Part shown: in pieces, positions 1 to 11,887 of the stretch
Position numbering within the stretch: position 1 is the stretch's first letter
How the letters are laid out: each line of letters starts with the position of its first letter
NCBI GenBank assembly: GCA_963842945.1
Contig: CAWJIM010000019.1
Span: 256,001 to 320,000 of the forward strand
Direction of reading: 5' to 3'
Origin: an uncultured Gemmatimonadales bacterium
Lineage (GTDB): Bacteria; Gemmatimonadota; Gemmatimonadetes; Gemmatimonadales; GWC2-71-9
DNA length: 64,000 nt
Program-made: the position numbers and the translations under genes
Notes under the pieces: model-generated
What the model saw: only the letters and a program-made list of their open reading frames with translations
Databases searched by the model: none
What the model was told of the DNA's origin: nothing

Positions 1-1066
1 ACATGGCGGTAACCGGACTGGTGCGAACCGCCGGGCGGGTAGTGGGTGCTCAGCTGGAAGATCGGCTGACCGGCGAGCGGCGGGGTCGTCCGAGCGAGTG
101 TGGTAATCAATGCCACCGGCCCGTGGGCCGATAAGGTGCGCCGGCTGGAAGATGCGGGTGCGGCGCCACTGCTGCAGCCCACCAAAGGCGTTCACGTCGT
201 GGTGAACCGCTCGCGGCTGGACCACCGGGAAGCCATCGCCTTCACCAGCCCCATCGATGGCCGGGTGATGTTCGTGCTTCCCTGGGGCGATCTGTCCTAC
301 ATCGGCACCACCGACAGCGACTACGGACGAACCACCAGATCAGCTGAGCGTGAGCGCCGATGACATCGTCTATCTGCTGCGCTCGGCCAACGCCCGTTTT
401 CCCAGCGCCCGGCTCAGCGTGGAGGACGTGCGCGCCACCTGGGCAGGGTTGCGACCTCTCCTGGCCGACCAGGGCCGCTCGGCGTCAAACCGCTCGCGGG
501 AGCATGCCCTGGTTCAAGGCTCGGGTGGGATGCTGACTGTGGTGGGCGGCAAGCTCACCACTTACCGCGCCATGGCGGCTGAAGTGGTGGACCTGGCCAT
601 GCGCGAGCTGCGCCATCGAGATGGCCGGCAGCGTCAGGCGGAGGCCCGCACCGACGAGGACCCGCTGCCCGGAGGAGAGACCGCCGATCTCAGCCAGTTT
701 CGTGACCGGGGATTGGAGCTGGGCATCGCGCCCGCGAGCGTGGATCATCTGTTGCGCCACTACGGGACGGAGGCTGCCGGCATCTTCAATCTGGCGGGCG
801 CCGACCGGCGACTGCTCCGGCCGTTGTTGGAGCCGCACCCGGCGATCGAGGCGGAGGTGATTCACGCGGTGCGGCGGGAGCTGGCCCAGACGGTGGAAGA
901 TGTCTTGGTGCGCCGCTTTCATCTCTACTACGAGCACCCGGATCACGGTGCCTCGGTGGCCCACAGGGTAGCGGAGTTGATGTCGGAAGAGCTGGGCTGG
1001 AGCCCGCCCCGCATCCAGGAGGAAGCGGAGCGGTATCTGGAGTTTGTGATCCGGGAAGGCTGTTAG
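1..1066 (+). CDS. glpD: FAD-dependent glycerol-3-phosphate dehydrogenase, 5'-partial, frameshifted
   Basis: ORFs 100-363 and 350-1066 carry VINATGPWAD, KGVHVVV, IGTTD, WAGLRPL, SREH and GGKLTTYR motifs of GlpD. Confidence 0.9.
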
Positions 1067-1070
1067 CCGA

Positions 1071-2078
1071 CTACTGCACCGTGATCGTTCCTCGCATGCC
1101 TCCAAGCGCCGAGCCGTGCACCTCGCAGAAATACACGTAGGTGCCGGGGGTGTCGAACTTGAACTGGTAGGTCGCAGGGCCGTTCACGCGGGTTGCCGCT
1201 CCGCGTCGGCTGTGAGGCGGCAGGCGCCACATTGTGGTTCTGCGCTGTCGAAGCCCAGGTCCAGACGACGGTTGTTCCTGCGCTGATGGTGAGGGAAGCC
1301 GGAGTGAACTGATTGTTGGTCACGCTCACGTTTGCGTTGGTAGCGGAGGGGGCGGAGGCGGCTGTTCGGTCGCTGTGGCCGAAAAGGTTAGGGGTGATCC
1401 GGTCAGACCCGTTGGCGGTGGCCACGATGCTAATCGGAGCCCGGCCGTGCCGCCCAGCGTTACCGTCGCTGCCGATATGCCCGAGCCGTTCGATGGAACC
1501 GTGGGAGCCGCCACGGTGGCGCCGGTAGCACGACCAACCCACATCCACTCCTGCCACAGCCGTTGCCAAACTCATCGGTCACCTTGGCCTGCACCGGAAG
1601 GGCCAGTGCAGTGTTGATCTGCCCGGTTTGGTTGTTGCCTCCAGCCTCCGCCAAGCTTGTAGCCGGACCCGCGGTTGCGGTGGCGGTAAAAGTGATGGGC
1701 GACCCACTGGCGCCGCTGAGCGTTGCCTGAGCACTCTGCGGCCCGGCCACGGTGCCCAGCGCCCAGGAACTGCTGGCGATGCCGTTCGCATCGGTTGGGG
1801 TGGAAGTCGGGGTCATGCTGCCGGTCGAGGCGGTGGTGGACCAGGTGACGGTTGCACCGGCTGCCGGTGCGCCTCCGTCGGTCACCACCACTTGGAGCGG
1901 AACGCCCAGGGCCTGACCGACCGGACCGGTTTGCCCGTCGCCGCTGTTCGACGCCTTGGCGATGGTGGTGGTGGAAGGGGGAGTTCCCCCATTATCGCCG
2001 TCGCCACCACAGCCAAGCGATGCCAAGCCAGCGCAACAGGCCCAGCAGGGTGATGCATCTTCCGGAGAAAGCCGACAT
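1071..2078 (-). CDS. Secreted/lipoprotein with bacterial Ig-like repeats and C-terminal cupredoxin (type-1 Cu) domain, frameshifted
   Basis: Pieces in 3-4 frames: LGCGGD lipobox-like start, GDGQTG/GNNQTG Ig repeats, HNV...YFCEVHGSALGGM (H,C,H,M ligands), TAG at 1071-1073; start approximate. Confidence 0.75.
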
Positions 2079-2195
2079 ATCGCCGCCAGTGAATGGATTG
2101 TGCCAAGGATGGATACCTTAGCATATCCCTGGGCGCGGCGGGGGCAAGATCCTTATCTTTCACCTCTGCCATACACCTTCGTCGGGATGTGACCA

Positions 2196-5100
2196 GTGGA
2201 CCCGAACGTTTTCGAGACCGCCAACGCCGGCTTTGCCCAGGCCATCTACGAGGAGTTCCTCCGCGATCCCACCGCGGTGGATCCCGAATGGCGGCGGCTG
2301 TTCGAGAGTGGGGTGGTTGGACAGCGGGACGGCGGGGCAGATGGGCAGCAGGGCGCGGGGCCGTAGGGCAGCCTCAAAGCACACCGTTAGAGTCAAAGCC
2401 AGGCGCCACGGCCACTGCCCAGAGTGCTCCAGCTTCTACTGCCCCGCTGCCTCGCGGCCCCGCTGCCCTGCCTATAAAGGGCCCCGCCGCCAAGCTGGTG
2501 GCGAATATGACCGAGAGTCTCACGGTCCCCACCGCCACCACCTTTCGCGAGCTGCCGGTCGCCAATCTCGAGGCGCAACGGCGCCAGCTGAATGCGGCAC
2601 TCCAGGCAGCGGGACGAAAAGAGAAAATCTCGTTCACCCACCTGATCGCTTACGCCATCGTCCAGGCCACCCGGCAGCAGCCGGTGATGTCGCACACCCT
2701 GGCCATGATCGATGGAGCTCCCCATCGGGTCCAGCCGGAGGGGATTGGACTGGGCCTGGCGGTGGACGTACAGCGAAAGGACGGAAGCCGCGGGTTGGTC
2801 GTGCCCGTCATCAAGCACGCCGAGGCCATGGACTTTGCGGCCTTCCATACGGCGTACGAGGCGCTCGTCGAGAAGGCTCGGACCAACAAGCTGATGCCCG
2901 ACGATTTTGCCGGCGCCACCATGTCGCTCACCAACCCCGGCGGCCTGGGCACCGTGGCCTCGGTTCCCCGGCTGATGACGGGACAGGGCAGCATCATTGC
3001 CGTGGGCGCCATCGGCTATCCCGCGGAATTTTCGTCGGTGGCCGAGGATCGGCTCAGCCGAGCTGGGCATCAGCAAGGTCATGACGGTCACCAGCACTTA
3101 CGACCATCGGATCATCCAGGGCGCGGAGTCGGGTGCATTCCTCGGCATCGTTGACCGCCTGCTCCAGGGCGAAGAGGGATTCTACGACCAGGTGGCCCGG
3201 AGCCTCGGCGTCAGCCGCGGGCGCGCCGGTCGGGGCGCTCAGGCAGTCCTCCCGGAGAGCGGCTTCGACCGAGCCGGTTGCGCCCGAAATGCTCTATCAT
3301 GTGGCCGCCGCCATGGCGCTGGTCAAAGCATTCCGGATGCACGGCCATCTTGCCGCCCATCTCGATCCGCTGGGCTCGGAGCCGCTAGGCGATCCGGCGC
3401 TCGATCCGAAGACGCTGGGGCTCACTCCCGAGATCATGGCGGCCATACCCTCCCGGGTGCTGCGCATTGCCGTGCCCGGCAACACTCTCGCCGAGTCACT
3501 GCCTTATCTCCAGGCTACCTATTGCGGGACCATGGCGTATGAGATCGAGCACATCTCGACTCACGAGGAGCGGGTCTGGCTGCGGGAGAAGATCGAATCC
3601 GGCGCTTATCGAAAGCCGTTGTCGCCCGAGCGACAGCAATTGCTGCTGAAGCGGCTTATCGAAGTCGAGACACTCGAGCGCTTCCTCCATAAGGCCTACC
3701 TGGGACAGAAGCGATTTTCCATCGAGGGCGTGGACATGCTGGTGCCGATGCTCGATCTGACCATCGAGAGCGCGGCCGATTCCGGCGCGCGCGACGTGGT
3801 GATCGGCATGGCCCACCGTGGCCGGCTCAACGTCCTGGCCCACACCATCGGCCGGCCCTACGAGACCATCTTCGCCGAGTTCGAGGGCGGCCGGCAGGTC
3901 GAAGCCGGCCAGCTCACGCCGGAAGGCGGCACCGGCGACGTGAAGTACCATCACGGCGCGGAAGGAGCGTACCTAACCTCCCAGGGCAAGGCGATCACCG
4001 TCAGCCTGTCGCCCAACCCGAGTCACCTCGAATACGTCTCGCCGGTGGTGGATGGGCGGGCGCGGGCCAAACAGACCCAGCGCCGGGGGCGGGAAGCGCA
4101 CCACGATCCTACCGCCGCACTGCCGGTGGCCATTCACGGCGACGCGGCGTTCGCCGGCCAGGGCGTTGTGGCCGAGACCTTGAACCTCGGCGCGCTGAAG
4201 GGATACCGCACCGGTGGCACTCTGCACCTGATCACCAACAACCAGGTGGGGTTCACCACCGACATGGAGGATGCCCGCTCGACCCGGTACGCCTCGGATC
4301 TGGCGAAGGGCTTCGACATACCCATCATCCACGTCAATGCCGACGACGCCGAAGCCTGTCTCTCCGCCGTTCGGCTGGCGATGGCTTATCGGGACCGGTT
4401 CCATCAGGACGTGGTCATCGATCTGGTGGGATACCGCCGCTACGGGCACAACGAAGGGGACGAGCCGGCCTACACTCAGCCGCTGATGTACGAGCGAATC
4501 AAGAGCCTGCCCACCGTGCGGGAACGCTACGCGGGTGAGCTGGTCCAGGCTGGGGTGATCACCAAAGAAGAGTCCGATCGGCAGTCCACCCAGGCCTACC
4601 AGCGGCTGGTCGACATTCAGCAGGCCTTCAAGACCAGCATGGCCCGAGCCCCCAATCAGGAACGAGCTGTTCGGCTGAGCGGGCCGGGCCAGGAGGTGGA
4701 CACGGCGCTTCCAGCGGATTTCCTGGTCGCGCTGAACGACCAGCTGCACAGCTGGCCCGAGGGCTTTCACGTGCATCCCAAGCTGCGGCGACAGCTCGAG
4801 CGCCGGCGCTCTGCGCATGGGCCCCGAAGGCGGCATCGAGTGGGCCCACGCCGAGGCGCTGGCACTGGGGTCGCTTCTGACCGAGGGGGTGCCGGTCCGG
4901 TTCACCGGTCAGGATACCGAGCGCGGCACCTTCAGCCAGCGTCATCTGGTGCTGCACGACGCGGAGCGCGGCACCACCATCACCCCTATCGCCAACCTGC
5001 CCGGCGCCCTGGCCCCCATGGAGCTGCACAACAGCCCCCTCTCGGAGATGGCGACTGTGGGGTTCGAGTATGGATACAGCGTCGCGGCGCCGGAGGCGCT

Positions 5101-5927
5101 GGTGCTGTGGGAGGCGCAGTTCGGCGACTTCGTGAACGCGGCTCAGGTCATCATCGACCAGTTCATCTCGGCTGGATTGGCAAAGTGGGGGCTGACCACC
5201 CGGCTCACCCTTCTTCTGCCGCATGGCTACGAGGGACAGGGCCCGGAGCACTCCAGCGCCAGGATGGCCCGGTTCCTTCACCTCGCTGCGGAGGGAAACA
5301 TCCGGGTGGTCAACTGTACCACTCCTGCCCAGTACTTCCACTTGCTCCGCCGCCAGGCCAAACGCTCCAGACAGCGTCCGCTGATTCTGTTCACGCCCAA
5401 GAGCCTGCTGCGTCACCCCCTGGCGACCTCCAAGCTGGAGGATCTCACCACCGGACACTTCCAGCGCCGTGATCGACGATGCCTCCTTCCGGGCGAACCC
5501 AGAGCGGGCGGAGCGGCTGTTGATGTGCACCGGAAAGGTGTACTACGACCTGCTTCCCGAGGCCGAGAAGCTGGGCGACAAACGGCCGGCGATTATCCGG
5601 CTGGAGCAGTTGTACACCTTCCCCTGGACCGAGCTACGGCAGGTACTTCCTCGCTACAGCAATGCCCGGGAGCTGGTCTGGGTGCAGGAGGAACCCCTGA
5701 ACATGGGTGCCTGGCGCTACCTCGAGGCCAAGCTTCGCGAGCTGGTCTCCGAGGGACCCCCCATGGACATCCGGTACGTGGGAAGGCCCGAACGGGCGAG
5801 CCCGGCGGAAGGGTACCCGGCCGCGCATGCTGCGGAGCAGAGCCGCATCGTCCGGGAGGCATTGGAAGCCCGGGCTCCTCGGCCTTCGCTGGAGACGATG
5901 GCCAAGGCAGGCGAGGGCCAGGGGTGA
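2196..5927 (+). CDS. sucA: Multifunctional 2-oxoglutarate dehydrogenase (E2-catalytic domain fused to E1; Kgd/OdhA type), frameshifted
   Basis: N-term [27 protein letters not shown]2 motif [14 protein letters not shown]1 motifs [48 protein letters not shown] across ORFs 2093-5927. Confidence 0.93.
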
Positions 5928-5934
5928 GGGTCTA

Positions 5935-6057
5935 AAGGACGGGAGGGACGGGAAGGGCGGGACGGAATGATGGAAATGGAGAGGGCAGTTAGGGGACACC
6001 CTGCTGCCCTTCAGCTCATCCGCATACCTTCCCGTCTTTCCCGACCTTCCGTCTTTT
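5935..6057. repeat. Intergenic degenerate 9-mer (AAGGACGGG) arrays in inverted orientation
   Basis: aaggacgggagggacgggaagggcggg at 5935-5961 and complementary ccttcccgtctttcccgaccttccg at ~6027-6051. Confidence 0.7.
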
Positions 6058-6373
6058 ACTCCCTTGCCTGAATAGGTCGCTCGGAAGCCTGGCGAATCAA
6101 GGACCGCACGGGCTCCGAGAGATGCTCTCCATAATGAAGGAGGTACACCCCGCGAGAGCGCCGTTGCATCAGAAAGGCGACTAGCGGGGTGTCGGCTTTG
6201 GCTGCGTTGCAGTCCCGGCAAGCGAGCACCAGGTTGTCTGGACGGTCATATGCCGTCTGACCCCTGCGGGGCCGGACGTGGTCCAGGGTAATGGTGTCTT
6301 CGCTGGTTTCGCCGCCGCAATATGCGCATACCGGCCCGTGCTGGGCCAGCAACCAATCGCGGTGCGACTGCAT
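6056..6373 (-). CDS. Small HNH endonuclease (zinc-finger HNH)
   Basis: CAYCG...TLDHVRPRRG...DNLVLACRDCNAAK. Confidence 0.88.
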   Translation of the reverse strand: MQSHRDWLLAQHGPVCAYCGGETSEDTITLDHVRPRRGQTAYDRPDNLVLACRDCNAAKADTPLVAFLMQRRSRGVYLLHYGEHLSEPVRSLIRQASERPIQARE

Positions 6374-6548
6374 GGAACGACCGGGGGAACGACGGAAACT
6401 AGGGACGGAAACTGCGGAATGTCTTCGAGATCTGCGTGCCACAAAAGACCGAATTAAGGGTTGAGTTGGACCTGCAAGCAGGTCGTCTGATAACATGAGC
6501 TAAACCTAGCAAGAATGACGCCAAATTGACAGCCCGAGGTGGCCTAAC

Positions 6549-7118
6549 CTACGGTCCGGCCGACCTTTTCTCTACTTCGGCCGCCTCGGCCCGGTGCCGG
6601 CCATCCAACAACAGCCCCCAGCGGCGGTCGTAGGGGTGCACCAGGGGGGTGGGCCGATTCTCGTCCTGAACCATGGGTCTTCCCTCGTTAGCCCACTTGA
6701 ACAACCCACCCGACAGGTTGACGACGCTGGTATAGCCCGCCCGATTGAGCCAGCTCATGACCCTCGCTCCGCGGTATCCGGCAGACGAATAGACCACGAT
6801 GGCCTCCGAAGGACGGATCCCCCGAAGCGGCCGAAGGCTCGGCCGATAGGGATCGACCAGCACCGCCCCCCGCAGATGGCTGACCCCAAACTCAGGCTGG
6901 GTACGGGCATCCAGGATCAGGGGCTGAGGCTGGCCGGCGTCGTCCTGCCATCGCCCGAGATCTTGAGTACTGATCCATTTTACCTCGGGGAAACGCGCTG
7001 CAATACGACGTTGAAGGACCTCGAAGGCCACCGGCCGTCCGGCCACGAACAGGACGATCGCTCCCACCAGGATCGGCAGGACGATGATGATAAGGAGGAA
7101 CTTGAGCCAGCCGGGCAT
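6549..7118 (-). CDS. Membrane-anchored rhodanese-like domain protein (catalytic Cys apparently replaced by Ser)
   Basis: N-terminal TM; ILDARTQPEFGVSHLRGA, VVYSSAGYRG, NLSGGLFKW. Confidence 0.8.
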   Translation of the reverse strand: MPGWLKFLLIIIVLPILVGAIVLFVAGRPVAFEVLQRRIAARFPEVKWISTQDLGRWQDDAGQPQPLILDARTQPEFGVSHLRGAVLVDPYRPSLRPLRGIRPSEAIVVYSSAGYRGARVMSWLNRAGYTSVVNLSGGLFKWANEGRPMVQDENRPTPLVHPYDRRWGLLLDGRHRAEAAEVEKRSAGP

Positions 7119-7130
7119 GCGGTTCCTCAG

Positions 7131-7274
7131 TCGGGAAAGGCGGGAAGGACGGGAAGGACGGGAAAGTAAGGAAGGTATGCAGATCGGCGGAACAGGAGTT
7201 AGGCGTGAGACTTGACCGCCCTACAGCCTTCCCCTCATACCTACCCGTCCGTCCCGTCCTTCCCGCCTTTCCCA
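7131..7274. repeat. Intergenic 9-mer (GGACGGGAA) inverted arrays
   Basis: cgggaaaggcgggaaggacgggaaggacgggaaag at 7132-7166; complementary cccgtccgtcccgtccttcccgcctttccc at ~7244-7273. Confidence 0.75.
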
Positions 7275-7381
7275 TCTAATCAATTATCTTCCCAACTCAC
7301 CCGCCCGAGGGTTCCCTCCTGAACGCCGAAACCCAACCCCGAGTCGCCCGCCCGGACGGCTCACTGTCTTCCAGTCGCGAA

Positions 7382-9397
7382 ATGGATACAAGCCCCGAGC
7401 TGGTCTGGCGCAGCATAAACGCCATTCGCGGGCTCTCCATGGATGCCGTCGAGCAGGCGCAATCGGGCCATCCCGGCACGCCGATGGCCCTCGCGCCGGC
7501 CGCCTATCTGCTTTGGAGCCGTTTCCTGCGGCATAATCCGCGAAACCCGGAATGGCCCGACCGCGACCGATTCGTGCTGTCCTGCGGCCACGCGTCGATG
7601 CTGCTCTACTCGGTGCTCCATCTCAGCGGATACGATCTGTCGCTGCAAGACCTGAAGGACTTTCGGCAGTGGGGATCGAAGACGCCCGGTCATCCCGAAC
7701 GGGGCCACACTCCCGGAGTGGAAACCACCACCGGACCATTGGGCCAGGGCTTCGGGAATGCGGTAGGAATGGCCATGGCCGAACGATTCCTGGCCGCGCA
7801 CTTCAACCGGCCAAACCATGCGATTGTCGACCATCGGATCTGGGCCTTTGCCAGCGACGGCGATCTCATGGAAGGGGTCGCCAGTGAGGCCGCCTCACTC
7901 GCGGGACATCTCCGGCTGGGCAAGCTCACGGTGGTGTACGACGACAACCATATCACGATAGACGGCGACACCGCCCTCACCTTTTCCGAGGATGTGCCCC
8001 GGCGGTTCGAGTCTTATGGCTGGCGGGTGCTCAAGGTAGCGGACGGGAATGACCTCTCCGCCATCACCGACGCATACGAAGCGGCCCGGGCCGACTCCGC
8101 CCGGCCAACGTTGATCGCGCTGCGCACCATTATCGCCGATCCCGCGCCAACCAAACGCAACAGCGCCGACGCGCACGGCGCTCCGCTGGGAGCCGACGAG
8201 GTCAGCCGCACCAAGGAGATCCTCGGCTGGCCCCAGGAGCCGAAGTTCCATGTTCCGGACGATGCTCTGGAGCACTGGAGGGCGGCGGTGGGCCGGGGAG
8301 CGGAGCTCGAGGCCGGCTGGCGCAAACGCCTCGCTGCGTACGCCGCAGAATTCCCCGAGTTGGCGCGAGAGCTCGAGCAGTGGCTCTCTGGGTCGCTTCC
8401 GCGGGACTGGGACCGGGGCCTGGCGGAGCTCGAGCCGGGAGAAAAGCCGCTGGCAACCCGCCAGGCGTCGGGACTTGCCCTGCAAGCCCTTGCCGCCGCC
8501 ATACCCAATCTGGTCGGCGGCTCCGCCGACCTCGGCGGCAGCACCGTAACCTCGCTGAAGCAGGGCGGCAGCTTCGGTCCGGCTTCAACCGGCCGCGCCA
8601 TTCACTGGGGCGTGCGGGAGCACGGGATGGGCGCGTGCCTGAACGGCATCGCCGCTCACGGAGGACTCCGGTGCTTCGGCAGCACCTTTCTCGTCTTCTC
8701 TGACTATATGAAGCCCGCCATCCGGCTGGCCGCCATCATGCGATTGCCGGTGATCTACATCGGCACTCACGACTCGATCGGGCTGGGGGAGGACGGGCCT
8801 ACCCATCAGCCGGTGGAACATCTAGCCATGCTGAGGGCCATACCCAACCTGGTCACGTTACGCCCGGCGGATGCCGCGGAGACAGTCGAGGCATGGAAGG
8901 TGGCCATGGAGCGAGGTACTGGGCCAACCGTCCTGGTGCTCACCCGGCAGAAGCTGCCGATTCTGGCTCGAGGCGGAGTGAGCGCCACCGAAGGGACCCG
9001 TCGGGGAGCCTACGTCGTGCGCGACCCCAACGCCGGCGAGCCGGACTCCATCATCATCGGGACCGGCTCCGAGGTCGCGGTGGGTCTCGCGGCCGCCCAG
9101 CTGCTGGACCAGGAGGGAGTCCGCACCCGGGTGGTGTCGATGCCTTCGTGGGAGCTCTTTGCGGCGCAACCCGAGAGCTATCGTGACGCGGTGCTCCCAC
9201 CTTCGGTCCGGATCCGGGTAGCGGTCGAAGCGGGTGGCCCCATGGGGTGGTCCCGCTGGACCACGGACGACGGCACCATGATAGGCATGGAGGGGTTCGG
9301 GGCATCGGCACCGGGGGAGCGACTGTTCGAGGAATTCAAGCTGACGCCCGAGCACGTGGCACAGACCGTCAGGAGGTTAATGCATGCCGCCGGCTAA
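7382..9397 (+). CDS. tkt: Transketolase
   Basis: [48 protein letters not shown]; 671 aa intact. Confidence 0.97.
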   Translation: MDTSPELVWRSINAIRGLSMDAVEQAQSGHPGTPMALAPAAYLLWSRFLRHNPRNPEWPDRDRFVLSCGHASMLLYSVLHLSGYDLSLQDLKDFRQWGSKTPGHPERGHTPGVETTTGPLGQGFGNAVGMAMAERFLAAHFNRPNHAIVDHRIWAFASDGDLMEGVASEAASLAGHLRLGKLTVVYDDNHITIDGDTALTFSEDVPRRFESYGWRVLKVADGNDLSAITDAYEAARADSARPTLIALRTIIADPAPTKRNSADAHGAPLGADEVSRTKEILGWPQEPKFHVPDDALEHWRAAVGRGAELEAGWRKRLAAYAAEFPELARELEQWLSGSLPRDWDRGLAELEPGEKPLATRQASGLALQALAAAIPNLVGGSADLGGSTVTSLKQGGSFGPASTGRAIHWGVREHGMGACLNGIAAHGGLRCFGSTFLVFSDYMKPAIRLAAIMRLPVIYIGTHDSIGLGEDGPTHQPVEHLAMLRAIPNLVTLRPADAAETVEAWKVAMERGTGPTVLVLTRQKLPILARGGVSATEGTRRGAYVVRDPNAGEPDSIIIGTGSEVAVGLAAAQLLDQEGVRTRVVSMPSWELFAAQPESYRDAVLPPSVRIRVAVEAGGPMGWSRWTTDDGTMIGMEGFGASAPGERLFEEFKLTPEHVAQTVRRLMHAAG

Positions 9398-10488
9398 TCC
9401 GCTCCTCCGGCTCGACCCAGCTGGGGCAGAGCCTCTGGTACGACTACATCACCCGGGATCTCCTGAGCTCGGGAGAACTGGAGCGGCTGATCCGGGACGA
9501 CGGGCTTCGGGGCATGACCTCGAACCCTACCATCTTCGAGAAGGCCATTGCCGGAAGCCACCTGTACGACGAAGACATTCGCCGGATGAGCGAGGCAGGC
9601 CTGAGCGCGGCCGAGATCTTCGAGAAGCTGGCTGTTCGGGATGTGCAAGCGGCCTGCGACGCGTTCCGGCCGCTTTATGGCGAGACCGGTGGGCGGGACG
9701 GTTTCGTCTCCCTCGAGGTCTCTCCCCAGCTGGCGAGTGATACTGAGGCGACCGGGAAGGAGGCTGAGCGACTGTGGCGCGCGGTGTCGCGGCCCAATGC
9801 GATGATCAAGATTCCGGGGACCCAGGCAGGGCTCGCGGCGATCACCAGCTCGATTGCCGCTGGAATCAACGTGAACGTGACCCTGCTGTTCTCGGTCCAG
9901 CGGTACACCGAGGTGATCGAGGCCTACCTTCAGGGACTCGAGCGCCGGATGGAGCGCGGCCTGCCAATCAGCGCGATTTCTTCGGTGGCCAGCTTCTTCG
10001 TCAGCCGGGTTGACGGCAAGGTCGACCCCCTGCTGAGTGAGAACGATCGGGGGTTGCGCGGCAAGATTGCAATCGCCAATGCAGCACGGGCGTATCAGCT
10101 GTTCCGCGACTCGCTCGCCACCGAGCGTTGGGCTCGACTGGAGCGTGCCGGTGCGGTGCCCCAGCGTCCGCTCTGGGCCTCCACCAGCACCAAGGATCCA
10201 GCATATCCCGACGTGTATTACGTCGAGGCGCTGATCGCTCCGGAGACCGTCAACACGGTTCCACCGGAAACGCTGGAGGCCTACCGGGATCACGGCGCGC
10301 CGGCAGTCCGGATTGACGAAGCCATCCAGGCTGCTCCGGGGCAGCTCGCCGCGCTGGCGCAGGCCGGCATCGACCTGGAGGCGGTCACCCGCGAGCTGGA
10401 GCACGAGGGCGTCTCCAAGTTTGCCGCATCCCACGCTTCGGTGCTGAGCGGGATCGAGGCCAAGGCGGGCACGCTGGCCACCCGATGA
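9384..10488 (+). CDS. tal: Transaldolase (type 2), frameshift near 5' end
   Basis: [47 protein letters not shown]. Confidence 0.95.
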
Positions 10489-11763
10489 AGTGGCTGTGGA
10501 GATCGCTCCGCCGCATATCGCTCACCCGGTGGATCCTCATCTCCATGGTCGTCGGAGTCCTGATCGGCTGGCTGAATCCCGAGTCTGGGTACCAGCCTGA
10601 GGCCGCTCTCAACCGTTTTCCTCCGGATGATCAAGTCGGTGGTGGTGCCGATCATCTTCGGCAGCCTGGTGATCGGCATCGCCGGCCACGGCGACGACAT
10701 GAAGCGGGTCGGCCGCCTGGCGCTCAAATCCATCATCTATTTCGAGATCATCACGACGCTGGCCCTGATAGTGGGCCTGGCGACGGTCAACCTGACCCGG
10801 CCTGGGGTCGGGGTGCAGCTCACCGCTTCGGCCAGCGAGGGACAAGAGCTGGCGCAGAAGACGCCGTCGTTTGCCGGATTCCTCGAGCACATCGTGCCCC
10901 AGAGCTTCTTCGAGGCCGCGGCCAACAACGAAGTGCTCCAGATCGTCTTCTTCTCCATCATCTTCGCCGTGGCGCTCTCGCAGGTGAGGAACGGCCCCAA
11001 GCAGGCCATGCTCGGCTTCTGCGAGGGGCTGGCGGAAACGATGTTCAAGTTCACCGGGATCGTGATGAAGTACGCCCCGATCGGTGTCGGAGCGGCGATC
11101 GCGTTCACCGTTGGGCACAGCGGCCTCGGCGTCCTGCTCAGTCTGGGAAAGCTGGTTCTTACGCTCTATCTGGCACTGGTCATCTTCATCCTGGTTGCGC
11201 TGGTGCCGGCGGCGCTGATTGCCCGGGTGCCCATCAGGCGGTTCGTCGAGCTGGTCAAGGAGCCCGCGCTGATCGCCTTCGCTACCACGTCCTCCGAGGC
11301 GGCGTTGCCCAAGGCCATGGAGAACATGGAGCTGCTGGGCGTGCCTCGCCGCATCGTCGCGTTCGTCATCCCTACCGGCTACTCGTTCAATCTGGACGGT
11401 TCGACGCTCTATCTCGCCGTCGCCGCGATCTTCGTGGCCCAGGCTGCCGGGGTGCCTCTCAGCCTCGGGTACCAGGTGATCATCCTTCTGACCCTGATGA
11501 TCACCAGCAAGGGAGTGGCGGGTGTGCCTCGCTCTTCACTGGTGATCCTGGCGGGGACGCTGGCCCACTTCGGACTGCCGTTGGAAGGCGTGGCGGTGAT
11601 TCTCGGGGTCGACACCCTGATGGACATGGGCCGAACCACCATCAATCTGGTGGGCAACTGCCTCGCGTCGGTGGTAATGGCCCGCTGGGAAGGGGAGTTC
11701 CAGCCCCAGCCGGTTCTCGCGTCACCGGCGCCGGTCGTGGCGCGTGAGCGTACCGGCACCTGA
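10485..11763 (+). CDS. Dicarboxylate/amino acid:cation symporter (GltP/DctA family), frameshifted
   Basis: FATTSSEAALP, PTGYSFNLDGS, GVDTLMDMGRT; N-term in ORF 10485 joins ORF 10627. Confidence 0.92.
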
Positions 11764-11887
11764 AGAGTTCTCAAGCATGATCACCACAGAGGCACAAAGC
11801 GACACAAAGGCAACGCCATGTGGTTCTCCTTTGAACTTTTGGTATTCGCTAACGTCGTAGGCGCATGACCATCCTCCTAAACCTCAC

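Noticed and set aside
6056..6373. HNH gene as part of a defence system or mobile element
   Set aside because: Stand-alone small HNH among housekeeping genes, with no partner genes or element ends.
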